Position numbers and translations under genes: made by a program | Shown here: one piece after another, positions 28,817 to 39,518 of the stretch | How the letters are laid out: each line of letters starts with the position of its first letter | How positions within the stretch are numbered: position 1 is the first letter of the stretch | Assembly (NCBI GenBank): GCA_964354405.1 | Contig: CAYGZP010000001.1 | Span: 272,879-336,133 of the forward strand | Direction: 5' to 3' | DNA from: Candidatus Woesearchaeota archaeon | Lineage (GTDB): Archaea > Nanobdellota > Nanobdellia > Pacearchaeales > UBA284 | DNA length: 63,255 bases | Notes under the pieces: generated by a model | Seen by the model: only the letters and a program-made list of their open reading frames with translations | Told to the model about the DNA's origin: nothing | The model's database searches: none

Positions 28817-28952
28817 AAAAATTATTCGACTTTCGGGGGAAACATCGAATAATTTTTCACGTCTTTGAGGTGTGAATTCTTTTCTTGAGTTATTAAACTC
28901 TTTTTATTTATAAAATTAAGTTAGACCAACTTTATAAAGATTTCGGTTGGTC
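28817..28952 (+). promoter_or_regulatory. Inverted repeats and TATA box upstream of ftsZ
   Basis: AAAAATTATTCGA-N15-TCGAATAATTTTT, and GACCAAC-N15-GTTGGTC enclosing TTTATAAA. Confidence 0.5.
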
Positions 28953-28997
28953 AAAAACGAATCGGAAAATAAAAGGAGAGATAAAAAAATACAAAAA

Positions 28998-30074
28998 ATG
29001 GCACTTGATTTTGCAAAAGAAGCAATCGAGGGAGCAGGAAAATATGGCATTAACTTCGACGAGCTTAAGGCAGGAAAAGCGACTATCAAGGTCGTTGGTG
29101 TTGGCGGAGCAGGCTGTAACGCAATAACCTGGCTTTTCAATAAAGGACTCCAGGGCGCAACAGTATATGGAGCAAACACAGACGCTTTGCATCTTAGTGT
29201 GAGCAAAGCAGATGAGAAGATTCTTATAGGAAAAGAATTGACTCGCGGTCTTGGTTGCGGCGGCTATCCTGAAAAAGGTCGTGAAGCTGCCAAAGAGGCT
29301 ATAGTTGAGCTCAAGAAAGCTATCAGTGGAGCAGACATGGTTTTTGTAATCGCAGGCATGGGCGGCGGTACAGGAACTGGAGCGGCCCCAGTTGTAACTC
29401 AGCTTTCAAAAGAAGTTGGCGCTGTCACAATTGGTGTAGTCACAATGCCTTTCGAGACTGAAAGAGCAAGAATTGACAAAGCCGAGTTTGGTTTGCAACA
29501 GCTAAGAGACTCGACAGACACAGTAATAGTGATTGACAATAACAGACTAGTTGACATAGCAGGAAACTTGCCAGTTGAACAGGCATTTGCAGTAGCAAAC
29601 GAGTTAATCTCAACAATGATAAAGGGTATTGTTGAAACAATTACCATTCCATCATTGATTAACTTGGACTACGCAGATGTCTCAGCCATCATGAAGAATG
29701 GCGATGTCAGCTGCATCGGAATAGGCGAAAGTGATACACAGAACAGAGTCGAAGAAGCTGTCAAACAAGCACTGTCACATCCATTATTGGATATAGACTA
29801 CAAAGGAGCCACAGGAGCTTTAATCCACGTCATATGCGGCGAGGATTTGAAACTTGAAGAGCTTAACAACATAGGCCAACTTGTTACTGAAAATTTGAGT
29901 CCAGACGCACAAGTGATCCTTGGAGCAAGAATCAATAAAGACTTCAAGGGAAGAGTAAGAGTTATTACAATAGTTACAGGTGTTAAATCACCTTATGTGC
30001 TCGGGCATTCAAGACACTCGGAATCTACGCCAATACCAGTCATGTCAGACTTGGGCGTTGAGTTCATGAGATAA
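28998..30074 (+). CDS. ftsZ: Cell division protein FtsZ
   Basis: [15 protein letters not shown] signature and INLDYAD T7 loop. ATG at 28998. Confidence 0.96.
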   Translation: MALDFAKEAIEGAGKYGINFDELKAGKATIKVVGVGGAGCNAITWLFNKGLQGATVYGANTDALHLSVSKADEKILIGKELTRGLGCGGYPEKGREAAKEAIVELKKAISGADMVFVIAGMGGGTGTGAAPVVTQLSKEVGAVTIGVVTMPFETERARIDKAEFGLQQLRDSTDTVIVIDNNRLVDIAGNLPVEQAFAVANELISTMIKGIVETITIPSLINLDYADVSAIMKNGDVSCIGIGESDTQNRVEEAVKQALSHPLLDIDYKGATGALIHVICGEDLKLEELNNIGQLVTENLSPDAQVILGARINKDFKGRVRVITIVTGVKSPYVLGHSRHSESTPIPVMSDLGVEFMR

Positions 30075-30123
30075 GAGTAGGTAACATCATCACTTCATGT
30101 TCCCCTTAGCCTTTTGGGTTCTC

Positions 30124-30170
30124 GGCTAGCTCTCTTCATGGGAGCTGGCCTTCTTTTTTTCTTTTTTATT
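30124..30170 (+). terminator. Hairpin plus T-tract terminator after ftsZ
   Basis: GGCTAGCTCTC-TTCAT-GGGAGCTGGCC stem (2 G-U pairs) followed by TTCTTTTTTTCTTTTTT. Confidence 0.65.
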
Positions 30171-30249
30171 TTGATTTTTTATAATAAGATAGAAATATAT
30201 TTCTGAATAATAGGTTTATCCAAATTTTATAAGAAATGAATATTAATTA

Positions 30250-30852
30250 TTAAATGAAGTCTTGCGCTGTGTATTTTTTATCTTCAATGCGCCTTTCTTC
30301 TGTCCTTATCTGCGATTTTGCCTGGGCTCCATCGCGGGGCATTCCTATTTTGTCATACAATGCCGCGAGTTTCAGGCATACTTCATTGTGTTTTACCATC
30401 GGCAAACCCAACATCAAAATTCTATTGTAAGCTGCGATAGCCTTAGTAAGCTGTTTCTCTTGCTCATAGCCTTGAGCATGCCCTAAATACAAAGTTATAA
30501 TCTTTTGTTTAATAGCATCTTTATCCTTTGTCGCTGATAAAACAAGAACTTTTCTGAAGAAATCATCTGCTGTTATGTAATCTGCGCTTCTCAAGTATAA
30601 AACAGCGGTTTTGAAATACAGATCTATCTTTTCTCGGAAAGTATTTGCTAAATCGCCTGCATAACCATAGTTTCTTGCCCCCAAGCTGAACATTTTCTTG
30701 CCTATGAACACTTCAGCGAGTGTAGTCAACGCAGTGATTTTAACATCAGTCTCCAAGTTCTTTTTTAACAAACCCTCAAGAAACTCCTGCTTTCTTGCTT
30801 CGCTAGTAAAGGTTCTCAAGTGTTGAAGCAATTCGTCTTTTGTTACAGTCAT
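30250..30852 (-). CDS. TPR-like helical repeat protein
   Basis: TPR-like A..Y/A..F patterns (AIAAYNRIL, LAALYDKIG). Confidence 0.7.
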   Translation of the reverse strand: MTVTKDELLQHLRTFTSEARKQEFLEGLLKKNLETDVKITALTTLAEVFIGKKMFSLGARNYGYAGDLANTFREKIDLYFKTAVLYLRSADYITADDFFRKVLVLSATKDKDAIKQKIITLYLGHAQGYEQEKQLTKAIAAYNRILMLGLPMVKHNEVCLKLAALYDKIGMPRDGAQAKSQIRTEERRIEDKKYTAQDFI

Positions 30853-30971
30853 TTTAATATTTTTTGTTTTTACTTTAGCCTTTTTTTATGATTGTTATAT
30901 TGTTATTACTTTGCTCTGTATTTATATTTTTTTGTATTCTAAAATATATATTGTGAGAATGGAAAGAACAA

Positions 30972-31526
30972 TCAAATTCCTATTTTTCTTGACTTCACTC
31001 TATCCTTGCCCCATATATCAAAATATAAAACTTGTTTAAGCTCGGGCTTTTTCTTCGCTGACGGCTTGCTTAAAGGCAGCGCAATAGGCAATAGAGCCTC
31101 GACTTGTATTTTATCAGGAATTCTCAAAATTCTTCTGACAGCTTTTTCATCGAATGCGCCAATCCAGCATGTCGCTAATCCCAAATCAGTCGCTTTCAAG
31201 AACATATTTTCTATAGCTGCCCCCGCCTGCTGTCTCGAGAATATATGGGCATTCTCGCCGTAAGATCTTCCTAAGTTAGTTAAATCTGAACATACAACAA
31301 GAATGTAAGGCGCATCTGCAATGAACTCTTGTTCTAAAGCAGCTTCTGCTAACTTTAACTTACTCTCTTTATTGCTCACAAGAATCAATCTTATAGTATA
31401 GATGTTCCCTGCCATCGGAGAGAATCTCGCGGCCTCGCATATCTCAAGAACATCGCTCAAGCTGATACCTTTGACAGAAAAATTTCTCACGCTCCTTCTT
31501 TCCTTCAACACATCGCCAAATTCCAT
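30972..31526 (-). CDS. Nitroreductase family protein
   Basis: RRSVRNF, SPMAGN and LGLATCWIGAFDE. Confidence 0.9.
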   Translation of the reverse strand: MEFGDVLKERRSVRNFSVKGISLSDVLEICEAARFSPMAGNIYTIRLILVSNKESKLKLAEAALEQEFIADAPYILVVCSDLTNLGRSYGENAHIFSRQQAGAAIENMFLKATDLGLATCWIGAFDEKAVRRILRIPDKIQVEALLPIALPLSKPSAKKKPELKQVLYFDIWGKDRVKSRKIGI

Positions 31527-31619
31527 AAAAAGCCAAGCAACTTTCAGTATAAAAAGTTTATGTTATTAAGTTAGTCAAGACAGAGAAAAGAATAAAAAAG
31601 CATTTTGGCTTCTATATTT

Positions 31620-33377
31620 ATGCTTTTTTCACAGCTAACAGAAGTATTTGAAAAACTTGAAGCCACGAGCAAAAGGCTTGAGATGTTCGAGATTCTCAGC
31701 GAATTCTTCAAGAAAGTCTCGGCAAATGATGCTGACAAGGTGGTTTACTTATGCGAGGAGCAGTTGCTACCGCCCTTCAAAGGCTTGGAGATGGGGATGG
31801 CAGAAAAGATGATTGAAAAAGCAATAGCAAAAGTTTCTAACAAATCTTCTGAAGACATTGTAAAACTCTACAAAAAAATGGGGGATTTGGGGTTAGTCGC
31901 GCAAGAAGTTTTAACGAAGAAACGCGCTACGTTATTCTCATCAAAAGCCCCATCTATTTCAGAAGTTTATGAAACCCTCACGAAAATTGCCCAAACAACT
32001 GGCCATGGCAGCGTTGACAGAAAAACTGACTCAGTTGCAGGATTATTGACAAGAGTCTCAGCCAAAGAATCCAAGTTTATAGTTAGATTTGTCCTTGGTA
32101 GTTTGAGACTGGGTATCGGAGATCCAACAATAATGGATTCATTGAGCAAAGCTCTTACAGGAGACCGGATGAAATTGCGCGTGGATATTGAAAGAGCTTA
32201 CAATTTATGCTCTGATTTAGGGCTTGTAGCCAAGATTTTACTTGACAAAGGAGCTAATGCACTTAAACAATTCAAGATTCAAGTTGGCTCGCCCATTAGA
32301 ATGGCTCTTGCAGAAAGATTGCCAAGTGCAGAGGATATAATAAAAAAAATTGGCAAGTGTGCAGGAGAATCGAAATACGATGGAATTCGTCTGGCTGTGC
32401 ATAAGCAGGGAGAAAAGATAGAAATTTTCTCTCGCAATCAAGAAAGAATGACCAATATGTTTCCTGACATAATCTCAGGGATTAAGAAACAATTCAAAGC
32501 CAAGAGCGCGATATTAGAGGGCGAAGCAGTCGCGTTCAACGAGGAAACTCAGGAGTTCTTTCCATTCCAAGTTACAATGACTCGTAAGAGAAAATATGAA
32601 ATAGAGAAGCGAGCAAAAGAAGCTCCTCTTGTGTTGTTTGCATTTGATTTATTGTATATCAATGGCAAAGACATGACAAAACAAAGCTATGAGGAAAGAA
32701 CCCAAGTCTTAAGAAAAACAATAGGAAAAGGTTTCACAATTCGCGCAGCTGACAAAATTCTTACAGATGATCCAAAAGAACTTGAAAAATTCTTTGAGGA
32801 TAACATCCAGAGAGGCACTGAGGGAATTATAGCAAAAAGACTTGATGCTCCCTATCAAGCTGGCGCAAGAAACTTCAACTGGATTAAGCTTAAGAGAAGT
32901 TACAAAGGCGAGCTTCGCGATACAATTGATGTTGTTATTGTTGGTTATTTCAAGGGCAGAGGAATGAGAGCAGAATTTGGCATAGGCGCTTTGTTAGGGG
33001 CGGTTTATGAAGAAAAAAGCGATTCATTCAAAACAATATGCAAGGTTGGAAGCGGATTAAGCGAGGAAAAATGGGTTGAAATAAGAAAACTACTTGACAA
33101 AAACAAGATTGAACACAAACCTGCGCGAGTTGATTCAGAGCTCAAAGCAGATGTGTGGACCCAGCCCAAATATGTTTTTACAGTGATGGCAGATGAAATA
33201 ACACTAAGCCCGATGCATACAGCAGGCAAATCCCAAGACAAGGCGGGCTTCGCGCTCAGATTCCCTAGAGTTCAAGGATGGATTCGCGACAAAAAGCCAG
33301 AAGATGCTACAAGCGTGAAAGAAATTGAAAAACTTTTCAAGATGCAGAAAAGAGTTGAGGAAAAAACTTTTGCCTAA
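31620..33377 (+). CDS. lig: ATP-dependent DNA ligase
   Basis: KYDGIR adenylation motif; EGIIAK, WIKLK and LRFPR. Confidence 0.95.
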   Translation: MLFSQLTEVFEKLEATSKRLEMFEILSEFFKKVSANDADKVVYLCEEQLLPPFKGLEMGMAEKMIEKAIAKVSNKSSEDIVKLYKKMGDLGLVAQEVLTKKRATLFSSKAPSISEVYETLTKIAQTTGHGSVDRKTDSVAGLLTRVSAKESKFIVRFVLGSLRLGIGDPTIMDSLSKALTGDRMKLRVDIERAYNLCSDLGLVAKILLDKGANALKQFKIQVGSPIRMALAERLPSAEDIIKKIGKCAGESKYDGIRLAVHKQGEKIEIFSRNQERMTNMFPDIISGIKKQFKAKSAILEGEAVAFNEETQEFFPFQVTMTRKRKYEIEKRAKEAPLVLFAFDLLYINGKDMTKQSYEERTQVLRKTIGKGFTIRAADKILTDDPKELEKFFEDNIQRGTEGIIAKRLDAPYQAGARNFNWIKLKRSYKGELRDTIDVVIVGYFKGRGMRAEFGIGALLGAVYEEKSDSFKTICKVGSGLSEEKWVEIRKLLDKNKIEHKPARVDSELKADVWTQPKYVFTVMADEITLSPMHTAGKSQDKAGFALRFPRVQGWIRDKKPEDATSVKEIEKLFKMQKRVEEKTFA

Positions 33378-33934
33378 ATTTTTTCTAATTTTTCTAATCT
33401 GAATGTTGATAATCTGACATTTACCCCACCTTGTCTTACCAAATCTCCCGCAGCATAAATCGCCTGTTCATGGGCTGTTCCTTTTGTTGCCCACGAGACT
33501 TTTGCTGATTTTCTCAATTTAGAATTAAATGGAGTATATCCGTTATCACTTAATCTTGAAGCAATACAATCTGCAGTAGCGGGCATAGTAGAAACCCCAA
33601 AAATATAAGGACCAAATAAAGGTATCACCCCCTTATCTAAATATGCAACCAAACAAATATCTTCTTTGTTCTCAAAAGATTTATTTTCTTCAGGGGTCTC
33701 TGCAAGTTTCATTTCAAGGTGAGAAAGAATAACCTTCTTAACTTTTCTTTTATCTAAAAAATCTTTTGCGCCAGCAGTGGCTTTTTTTATTGTATTATAA
33801 GGAGTTAAGTCATTAATTTCAAAATTGCCATAATTTCCATCACTTGAATTTTTTTCTGATGCACTCCCAAACATGGGAACAAGATTATTATCTTCAAAAT
33901 AAGCTAGAAACACATAACCTTTTATATTTCTCAT
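33374..33934 (-). CDS. Hypothetical protein with internal duplication
   Basis: LAYFEDNNLVPMFG..N.LTPYN and VAYLDKGVIPLFG..NGYTPFN repeats. Confidence 0.6.
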   Translation of the reverse strand: MRNIKGYVFLAYFEDNNLVPMFGSASEKNSSDGNYGNFEINDLTPYNTIKKATAGAKDFLDKRKVKKVILSHLEMKLAETPEENKSFENKEDICLVAYLDKGVIPLFGPYIFGVSTMPATADCIASRLSDNGYTPFNSKLRKSAKVSWATKGTAHEQAIYAAGDLVRQGGVNVRLSTFRLEKLEKI

Positions 33935-33985
33935 TTTTTATTTAATAAACTAATATTTTATAAATATCTCTATCCTAAAAAATAT

Positions 33986-34786
33986 ATGTCAAAAGAGGTA
34001 AGAGTCAGATTTGGCCCAAGCGGAATCGGCGGGGTGAAACAAGCGATTGAGAATTTGCGCGAGTACAAGAAAGCAGGCTTGAAAGCTGCAGAGATTGAGT
34101 TCACTTATGGAGTTTATATCAAAAGCAACAAAGACGCCGCGGCAATTGGCAAAGAAGCCAAGAAACTTGATATCTCTTTAAGCATACATGCGCCTTATTA
34201 TATCAATCTCGCTTCTCATGACAAGAAAATAATTGAATCAAGCAAGAAAAGGATTCTTGATTGCTGCGAGCGCGCTCACTATCTTAGAGCCCAGAATGTT
34301 ATTTTTCACGCAGCTTATTATGGCAAGTATTCGCGAGAAGAATGCTACAAAATTGTCAAGCAGGCTATATTAGAGATGCAGAAAGTCATCAAGAAAAATA
34401 AATGGAGAGTTGCTCTTGCTCCCGAGACCACAGGAAAAGCCTCGCAGTTCGGAAGCTTGGATGAGTTGTTAAAATTAACAAAAGAAACAAAATGCTCCAT
34501 GTGTGTAGACTTCGCTCATCTTGAGGCAAGAGAACAAAAAATAAATTACAAAGAAGTTTTTGACAAACTAAAAAACATGTCGCATATTCAAGCTCATTTT
34601 TCTGGGATTGAATACACAAGCAAAGGCGAAAGAAGACATTTGATCACTTCTGAATCTAAGTTGCGCGAGTTACTTTCTTATGTTTCGCGATACAACCTTT
34701 CAATAACAATCATAAACGAGAGCCCCTCTCCTTTCAATGACTCGCTGAAAGCCGCGAGAGTTTGGAAACAGATTTCCCGTCGATAA
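33986..34786 (+). CDS. nfo: Endonuclease IV / AP endonuclease (TIM barrel)
   Basis: HAPYYINL, FH, PETTGK.SQFG, DFAH and HFSGIEY...GERRH. Confidence 0.88.
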   Translation: MSKEVRVRFGPSGIGGVKQAIENLREYKKAGLKAAEIEFTYGVYIKSNKDAAAIGKEAKKLDISLSIHAPYYINLASHDKKIIESSKKRILDCCERAHYLRAQNVIFHAAYYGKYSREECYKIVKQAILEMQKVIKKNKWRVALAPETTGKASQFGSLDELLKLTKETKCSMCVDFAHLEAREQKINYKEVFDKLKNMSHIQAHFSGIEYTSKGERRHLITSESKLRELLSYVSRYNLSITIINESPSPFNDSLKAARVWKQISRR

Positions 34787-34936
34787 ATCACTCTCGCGCA
34801 GAATTACCCACAACAAGTAATAATTTTTCTATCGTTGCTCCCAATTACTTGCAGTTAGTGATAACACTCAAGATAACACACAAAGCTTTTTAAATTAATT
34901 TGATTGCAGATAAACATATCTAAATAACTAAATTTT

Positions 34937-36277
34937 ATGAAAATGAAAAGCAAATTTTTTGTATTAGCTTTTGTTTTAGCTTTTATTGCAGTGATTTCTT
35001 TTTCAACAGTTCTAGCTGAGCAATGGTACGAATATTCTGAACCTGAAATAAACGAGATGACCGTTTATGTTGAAGGCGAAGCAGTATGGTATGGCTATTG
35101 CATGCCCGATATTGTTATAGACAGATGGGTTTGTTATACATATCAGTACTCTCCTGCTGGTCTTGAAAGAGGCTCAACAGTAGATGTAAAGGTAAGTTTC
35201 ATCTCAAATGTAGACATTGAGGAAGCAACTGTACACACATGGGTTACAGGTTATCATGAAGACATTGAGGCAGAAACACCTCAATTTGATGTTTTCAATG
35301 GAAACATGTACACCAAGACAATGAAACTTGAGCTTCCTGATGATTTGGATGCCAAGGAAGATTACACTTTGTATGTGCAGATTGAGAGCCAAGAAGATCT
35401 TTCAGGAATTGACAGAGCAACAGTCGACACCGAAATTCAAAGAATTGCCAACATATTGGAAATCTTGAGTATTGAATTGTATGATTCCGATTACGGATAC
35501 ACACATACTTTCGATGCAGGAGATACAATCTATGCAGATGTAGTTGTCAAAAACAGAGGCAACTATCAAGCAGAAGATGTTTATGTCCAGTTAGCTATAA
35601 AGGAACTTGGCATAAGCAGAACTGTTTATATTGGCGATCTTGAGCCTAATGATGACGACGACGATGAAGATGCAAAAGAAGTAACAGTTGCATTGCAATT
35701 GCCCCAAAGCATGAAAGCAGGAACCTACTTTTTGGAAGTTTCAGCTTTTAACGATGAGGTAAGTGATGAAGCAGTTGGTAACATTATTGTTGGTGGTTAT
35801 CAATCAGCTCCAGAAGAACAGCAACCTGGCAAAGTTGAAGTAAGCGCTCAAGTTTCTAGTAATGAAGTTGAGCAGGGCAAGGGCGCGGTTTACGCGGTAC
35901 TTGTCGCAAACTTCGGAAGCACTTCTCAGAACTTCATTGTTGAAACAGTCGGCACAGAAGGATGGGCAACTACAACTGTAACACCACAGACTTTCACACT
36001 TGCACCAGGCCAAAGTAAATTAGTAAACATTTACTTGGCTGCAGGCGAAGAAGCTGTTGTAGGCGAGCACATCTTCAGCGCAAAAGTGCGCTATGGCAGT
36101 GAATCAAAACAATACAGTCTTACTGCAAATGTCACAAAGAGTGCTGGTGAGATTAACTGGAAGTTAATCTTGATGATAATCGGCATAGTTTTGGCAGTTG
36201 CAATAATTGTATTATTGATTATATTGCTGACAGCAAAGAAGAAACCCGCAACAGAAACATCAGAGAGTTATTACTAA
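34937..36277 (+). CDS. Acidic cell-surface/S-layer-like protein (CARDB-like), C-terminal TM anchor
   Basis: Signal peptide, VKNRGN..AEDV motif, poly-Asp and C-terminal TM. Confidence 0.75.
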   Translation: MKMKSKFFVLAFVLAFIAVISFSTVLAEQWYEYSEPEINEMTVYVEGEAVWYGYCMPDIVIDRWVCYTYQYSPAGLERGSTVDVKVSFISNVDIEEATVHTWVTGYHEDIEAETPQFDVFNGNMYTKTMKLELPDDLDAKEDYTLYVQIESQEDLSGIDRATVDTEIQRIANILEILSIELYDSDYGYTHTFDAGDTIYADVVVKNRGNYQAEDVYVQLAIKELGISRTVYIGDLEPNDDDDDEDAKEVTVALQLPQSMKAGTYFLEVSAFNDEVSDEAVGNIIVGGYQSAPEEQQPGKVEVSAQVSSNEVEQGKGAVYAVLVANFGSTSQNFIVETVGTEGWATTTVTPQTFTLAPGQSKLVNIYLAAGEEAVVGEHIFSAKVRYGSESKQYSLTANVTKSAGEINWKLILMIIGIVLAVAIIVLLIILLTAKKKPATETSESYY

Positions 36278-36550
36278 AGTTACTAAAAGGCTACCAAAAA
36301 CACTAGGACAAAAGGCTAAGAGAATTGATTGAATTTTTTCTTTTATTTTTTTCTTTTTTTATTTATATTTTTTCTTTTTTTGTTTTTGATTATTTACCGT
36401 CGTTATTATCTATTTTTTTCTTTCTGATTTTCTTGATAATATCTTCTTTTTAAGAAGATTTTTCATATATAGTGTAAATATTATATTATACTACAAAAAA
36501 GCTTATATATGGACTTTTGCTTTTAAAGTAGCAACACAAACTAAGGGAAA

Positions 36551-38965
36551 ATGAGAAAGGTATTTTTGATTTTTTTATCGTTATTGTTCTTAATGGCTAT
36601 TGCGACACAGGCAACATTTGCCAGGGCCGAGTTTACAGTTACAACTCACATGGAGACCAACACTGTATGCCCAAGCACTACTATAGTTATAGAAGATGTA
36701 GTCACAGCCTCTTCTCCTGGCGCGATAACAATCACTTCCGCAGGCTCTGCTGCTAATTTTGCGACAGTTATTCCTTACGGATTTTGGCTCGAGCCAGGCC
36801 AGAGCGAAGTTGTTTATTCTTATATAACTCCATCATCTAAAGTCACCCCAGGAACTTATGTTCTTGAAGTTGTTATAGCTCAAGGCATTTTTGTGAAAAC
36901 AGTCAAGCATACTGTTATAGTTGAAAATTGCCATAATACAGTTATCAAGGTTGAGCCAGCTTCTCAATCAATATGCGCTTGCGAGCAAAAGAGTTTCTTA
37001 TTGACTGTTTCAAACTTAGGAAGATACATGGAGAATTATGAGTTGAGCATTGAAGGCCCCGCGTCCAAGTGGATTGAATTATCTTCAAAATCTATAACTC
37101 TAGCTGCAGGTTCAAGCGCAAAGATAACAGTAAATGTCAACACTCCTTGCAATGCCGCAGGGAATTATGATACTAATTTTGTAGTCAAATCAAAATCAGA
37201 ATATGCTCAGGCAAATGTCAAAGCCGCATTATCAATTGTCTCTTGTTATGATTATACTATATCTAGCGACAAGACATATTACAGCATCTGCGAGGCAGAG
37301 AAATTAACCGCACCAATAAAAATAAAGAATTTAGGAACAAACAATAATATTTACAAAATAAACTTACAGGCTCCTAACTGGACTCATCTTGATTTAAATC
37401 AAGTTACAATTGAGAAAGGCAAGGAAGCCACTTTCAACTTGATTGCAGAGCCTCCTTACAAGACACAAGGGAACTTTACAGCATACATCGAAGTGATGAG
37501 CGACTTCGGAAAAGTTATCAAGAAACATGATATCTCATTGCAAGTTTCAAAATGTTATGATGCTTCTGTAACAATCGAGACAGACAAAGACAAGATGTGC
37601 AATGCATTGAGCAACACATACTCTGTCGCTATAAGAAACACAGGAAAATTCCAGAACACCTATGATATTGTTATTGAAGGGCCAGACTGGGTTACAATAA
37701 GTGAGAAGAGAGTTACTCTTAACGCGTCAAAAGAAAAATCACTTGTGTTAGATGTTCACCCTCCTTACAACACAAAGCCAGGAGAATATAAAATAAAAGT
37801 CAAGGCAATAGATGCTATAAGCAAAACAGAGGCTTCTGACACATTGACTGTAACAACAGTCTCATTAGAGGAATGCTACAGCCCCGCAATAAGCACTAAA
37901 GATGACATCGTTGCTGTATCCAAGGACAACACCGCAACAGCATTATTCATAATCGAGAATAAAGGAACTCACGATGCAAACTACACTATCGAAGTAAGTG
38001 GAACAGCGACAAAATTCTCACAGGTTCACCCTGGAACAATTGCATTGAAATCGACAAAAGCGCAGACAGTTTACTTGTATTTAGCTCCTCCTTTGGAGAT
38101 TGCAGCCCAGGATTATGTCATAACAATAACAGTAAGATTAGAAGACACAACAATCCTGGCGAGCAAGACAATAACAGTGAAGGTTTTAGAAGCAGGAGCA
38201 TTGCCACAGCAGCCACAGCCACAACCTCCAGCAGTCAAGCCAGCTGAACAATCATTATTCTCAAAGATATTTTCATGGTTCTTGAATTTGTTCAAAGCAA
38301 AACCCGCAACTAATGAAACAAAGACAAATGTCACAAATGTTACAAAAACAAACCAAACAAAAGTTAACGAGACAAAGACAAACGCAACAAATCAAACACA
38401 ACCAGTACCGCCAGTAAAAAACATCGCGCCAGTCTTGAGTAAAAAGATTCCAGATATATCAGTTCAATCAGGCAAGAAACAAACAATTGATTTATTAGAT
38501 TACTTTGATGATCCAAACGCTGATATTTTGACTTTTGTTACTGTCAAGCCGCAGAACATGACAGTTAATATTATAGGAAGCATCGCGACTCTTGAAGCAC
38601 AGCAAGGTTTCACAGGAACTCGCGAAATTTCATTCTACGCGAGCGATGGTTATGATATCACACAGAGCAACACATTAAAGATAACAGTTACAGCAGCTGC
38701 GCAAGGAACAACCCCAACAACAAACAAAACAAATGTTACAAAGACAAACGCGACAAACGCAAGCTGTGGAAATGAGTCATGCACTCCAGCGACAACTCCC
38801 ACAAAGATTGACTGGCAAAAATTTCTGCCTTGGATAATTGTAGCTGTAATAGCAATACTGATTATTGTCATAATCACCACAGGCCTGGGCAAGAAGATTG
38901 TTGATTTCTTCGAAGAAGATGTAAGCAACGGCAATGGCAGAAAGAATAATAATCACAAGAAATAA
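36551..38965 (+). CDS. Large cell-surface protein with repeated Ig-like domains and Thr/Asn-rich linkers
   Basis: Signal peptide; repeated (I/V).N.G....Y.(I/L) units; many N-x-T sequons; C-terminal TM. Confidence 0.75.
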   Translation: MRKVFLIFLSLLFLMAIATQATFARAEFTVTTHMETNTVCPSTTIVIEDVVTASSPGAITITSAGSAANFATVIPYGFWLEPGQSEVVYSYITPSSKVTPGTYVLEVVIAQGIFVKTVKHTVIVENCHNTVIKVEPASQSICACEQKSFLLTVSNLGRYMENYELSIEGPASKWIELSSKSITLAAGSSAKITVNVNTPCNAAGNYDTNFVVKSKSEYAQANVKAALSIVSCYDYTISSDKTYYSICEAEKLTAPIKIKNLGTNNNIYKINLQAPNWTHLDLNQVTIEKGKEATFNLIAEPPYKTQGNFTAYIEVMSDFGKVIKKHDISLQVSKCYDASVTIETDKDKMCNALSNTYSVAIRNTGKFQNTYDIVIEGPDWVTISEKRVTLNASKEKSLVLDVHPPYNTKPGEYKIKVKAIDAISKTEASDTLTVTTVSLEECYSPAISTKDDIVAVSKDNTATALFIIENKGTHDANYTIEVSGTATKFSQVHPGTIALKSTKAQTVYLYLAPPLEIAAQDYVITITVRLEDTTILASKTITVKVLEAGALPQQPQPQPPAVKPAEQSLFSKIFSWFLNLFKAKPATNETKTNVTNVTKTNQTKVNETKTNATNQTQPVPPVKNIAPVLSKKIPDISVQSGKKQTIDLLDYFDDPNADILTFVTVKPQNMTVNIIGSIATLEAQQGFTGTREISFYASDGYDITQSNTLKITVTAAAQGTTPTTNKTNVTKTNATNASCGNESCTPATTPTKIDWQKFLPWIIVAVIAILIIVIITTGLGKKIVDFFEEDVSNGNGRKNNNHKK

Positions 38966-38998
38966 ATTTTTTATTTCTAAGATACTCTCTAAAATAAA

Positions 38999-39502
38999 AT
39001 GGCATCCAAGCCTAAGCCTATAATAATTTCTTACCATCCTAAATCAGAGAACTTTAGAGAATGTTTAGTTCATATCATTAAATGGTATTCTCCAGATGGC
39101 GCAGAACTAAGTGTTGAATCAAAGAGTAAAGGTAAGACTTATTGTAAGGATGAGCTCCACTTAGTTTCAAAAACGAGTATTGGGATAGCCCCGAGATACT
39201 ATAAAGATGGAAAAGCAGTGAATTATATAAACCTCCAGGGTAAGATTAACCATCATAATATAGAGAGGATTCTTCAGATGCAGGAGTTATTGGGAGATGC
39301 GGACGTTGTAGAAGTAATTAAAAAAAAGTTTAAACCTCATAAGAAAATGATTCAGCCCCAAGGTGGCACTCTTTATTGTACACTTTTTGTAAATCTCTAT
39401 AAATTTATTATATTATCCAAACCAGAAGAAAAAACAGCGATAGGAACAGAGACACAGCCACAATCAACAAAAATCTCTCCTGGATCTCAACAGATTTCTT
39501 AA
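38999..39502 (+). CDS. Hypothetical protein
   Basis: 167-aa ORF with no recognised motif. Confidence 0.55.
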   Translation: MASKPKPIIISYHPKSENFRECLVHIIKWYSPDGAELSVESKSKGKTYCKDELHLVSKTSIGIAPRYYKDGKAVNYINLQGKINHHNIERILQMQELLGDADVVEVIKKKFKPHKKMIQPQGGTLYCTLFVNLYKFIILSKPEEKTAIGTETQPQSTKISPGSQQIS

Positions 39503-39518
39503 ACTTAAACTTTCAACC

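Noticed and set aside
36270..36440. Short TTACTAAA repeats and long T-tracts
   Set aside because: Low-complexity terminator region; no informative structure.
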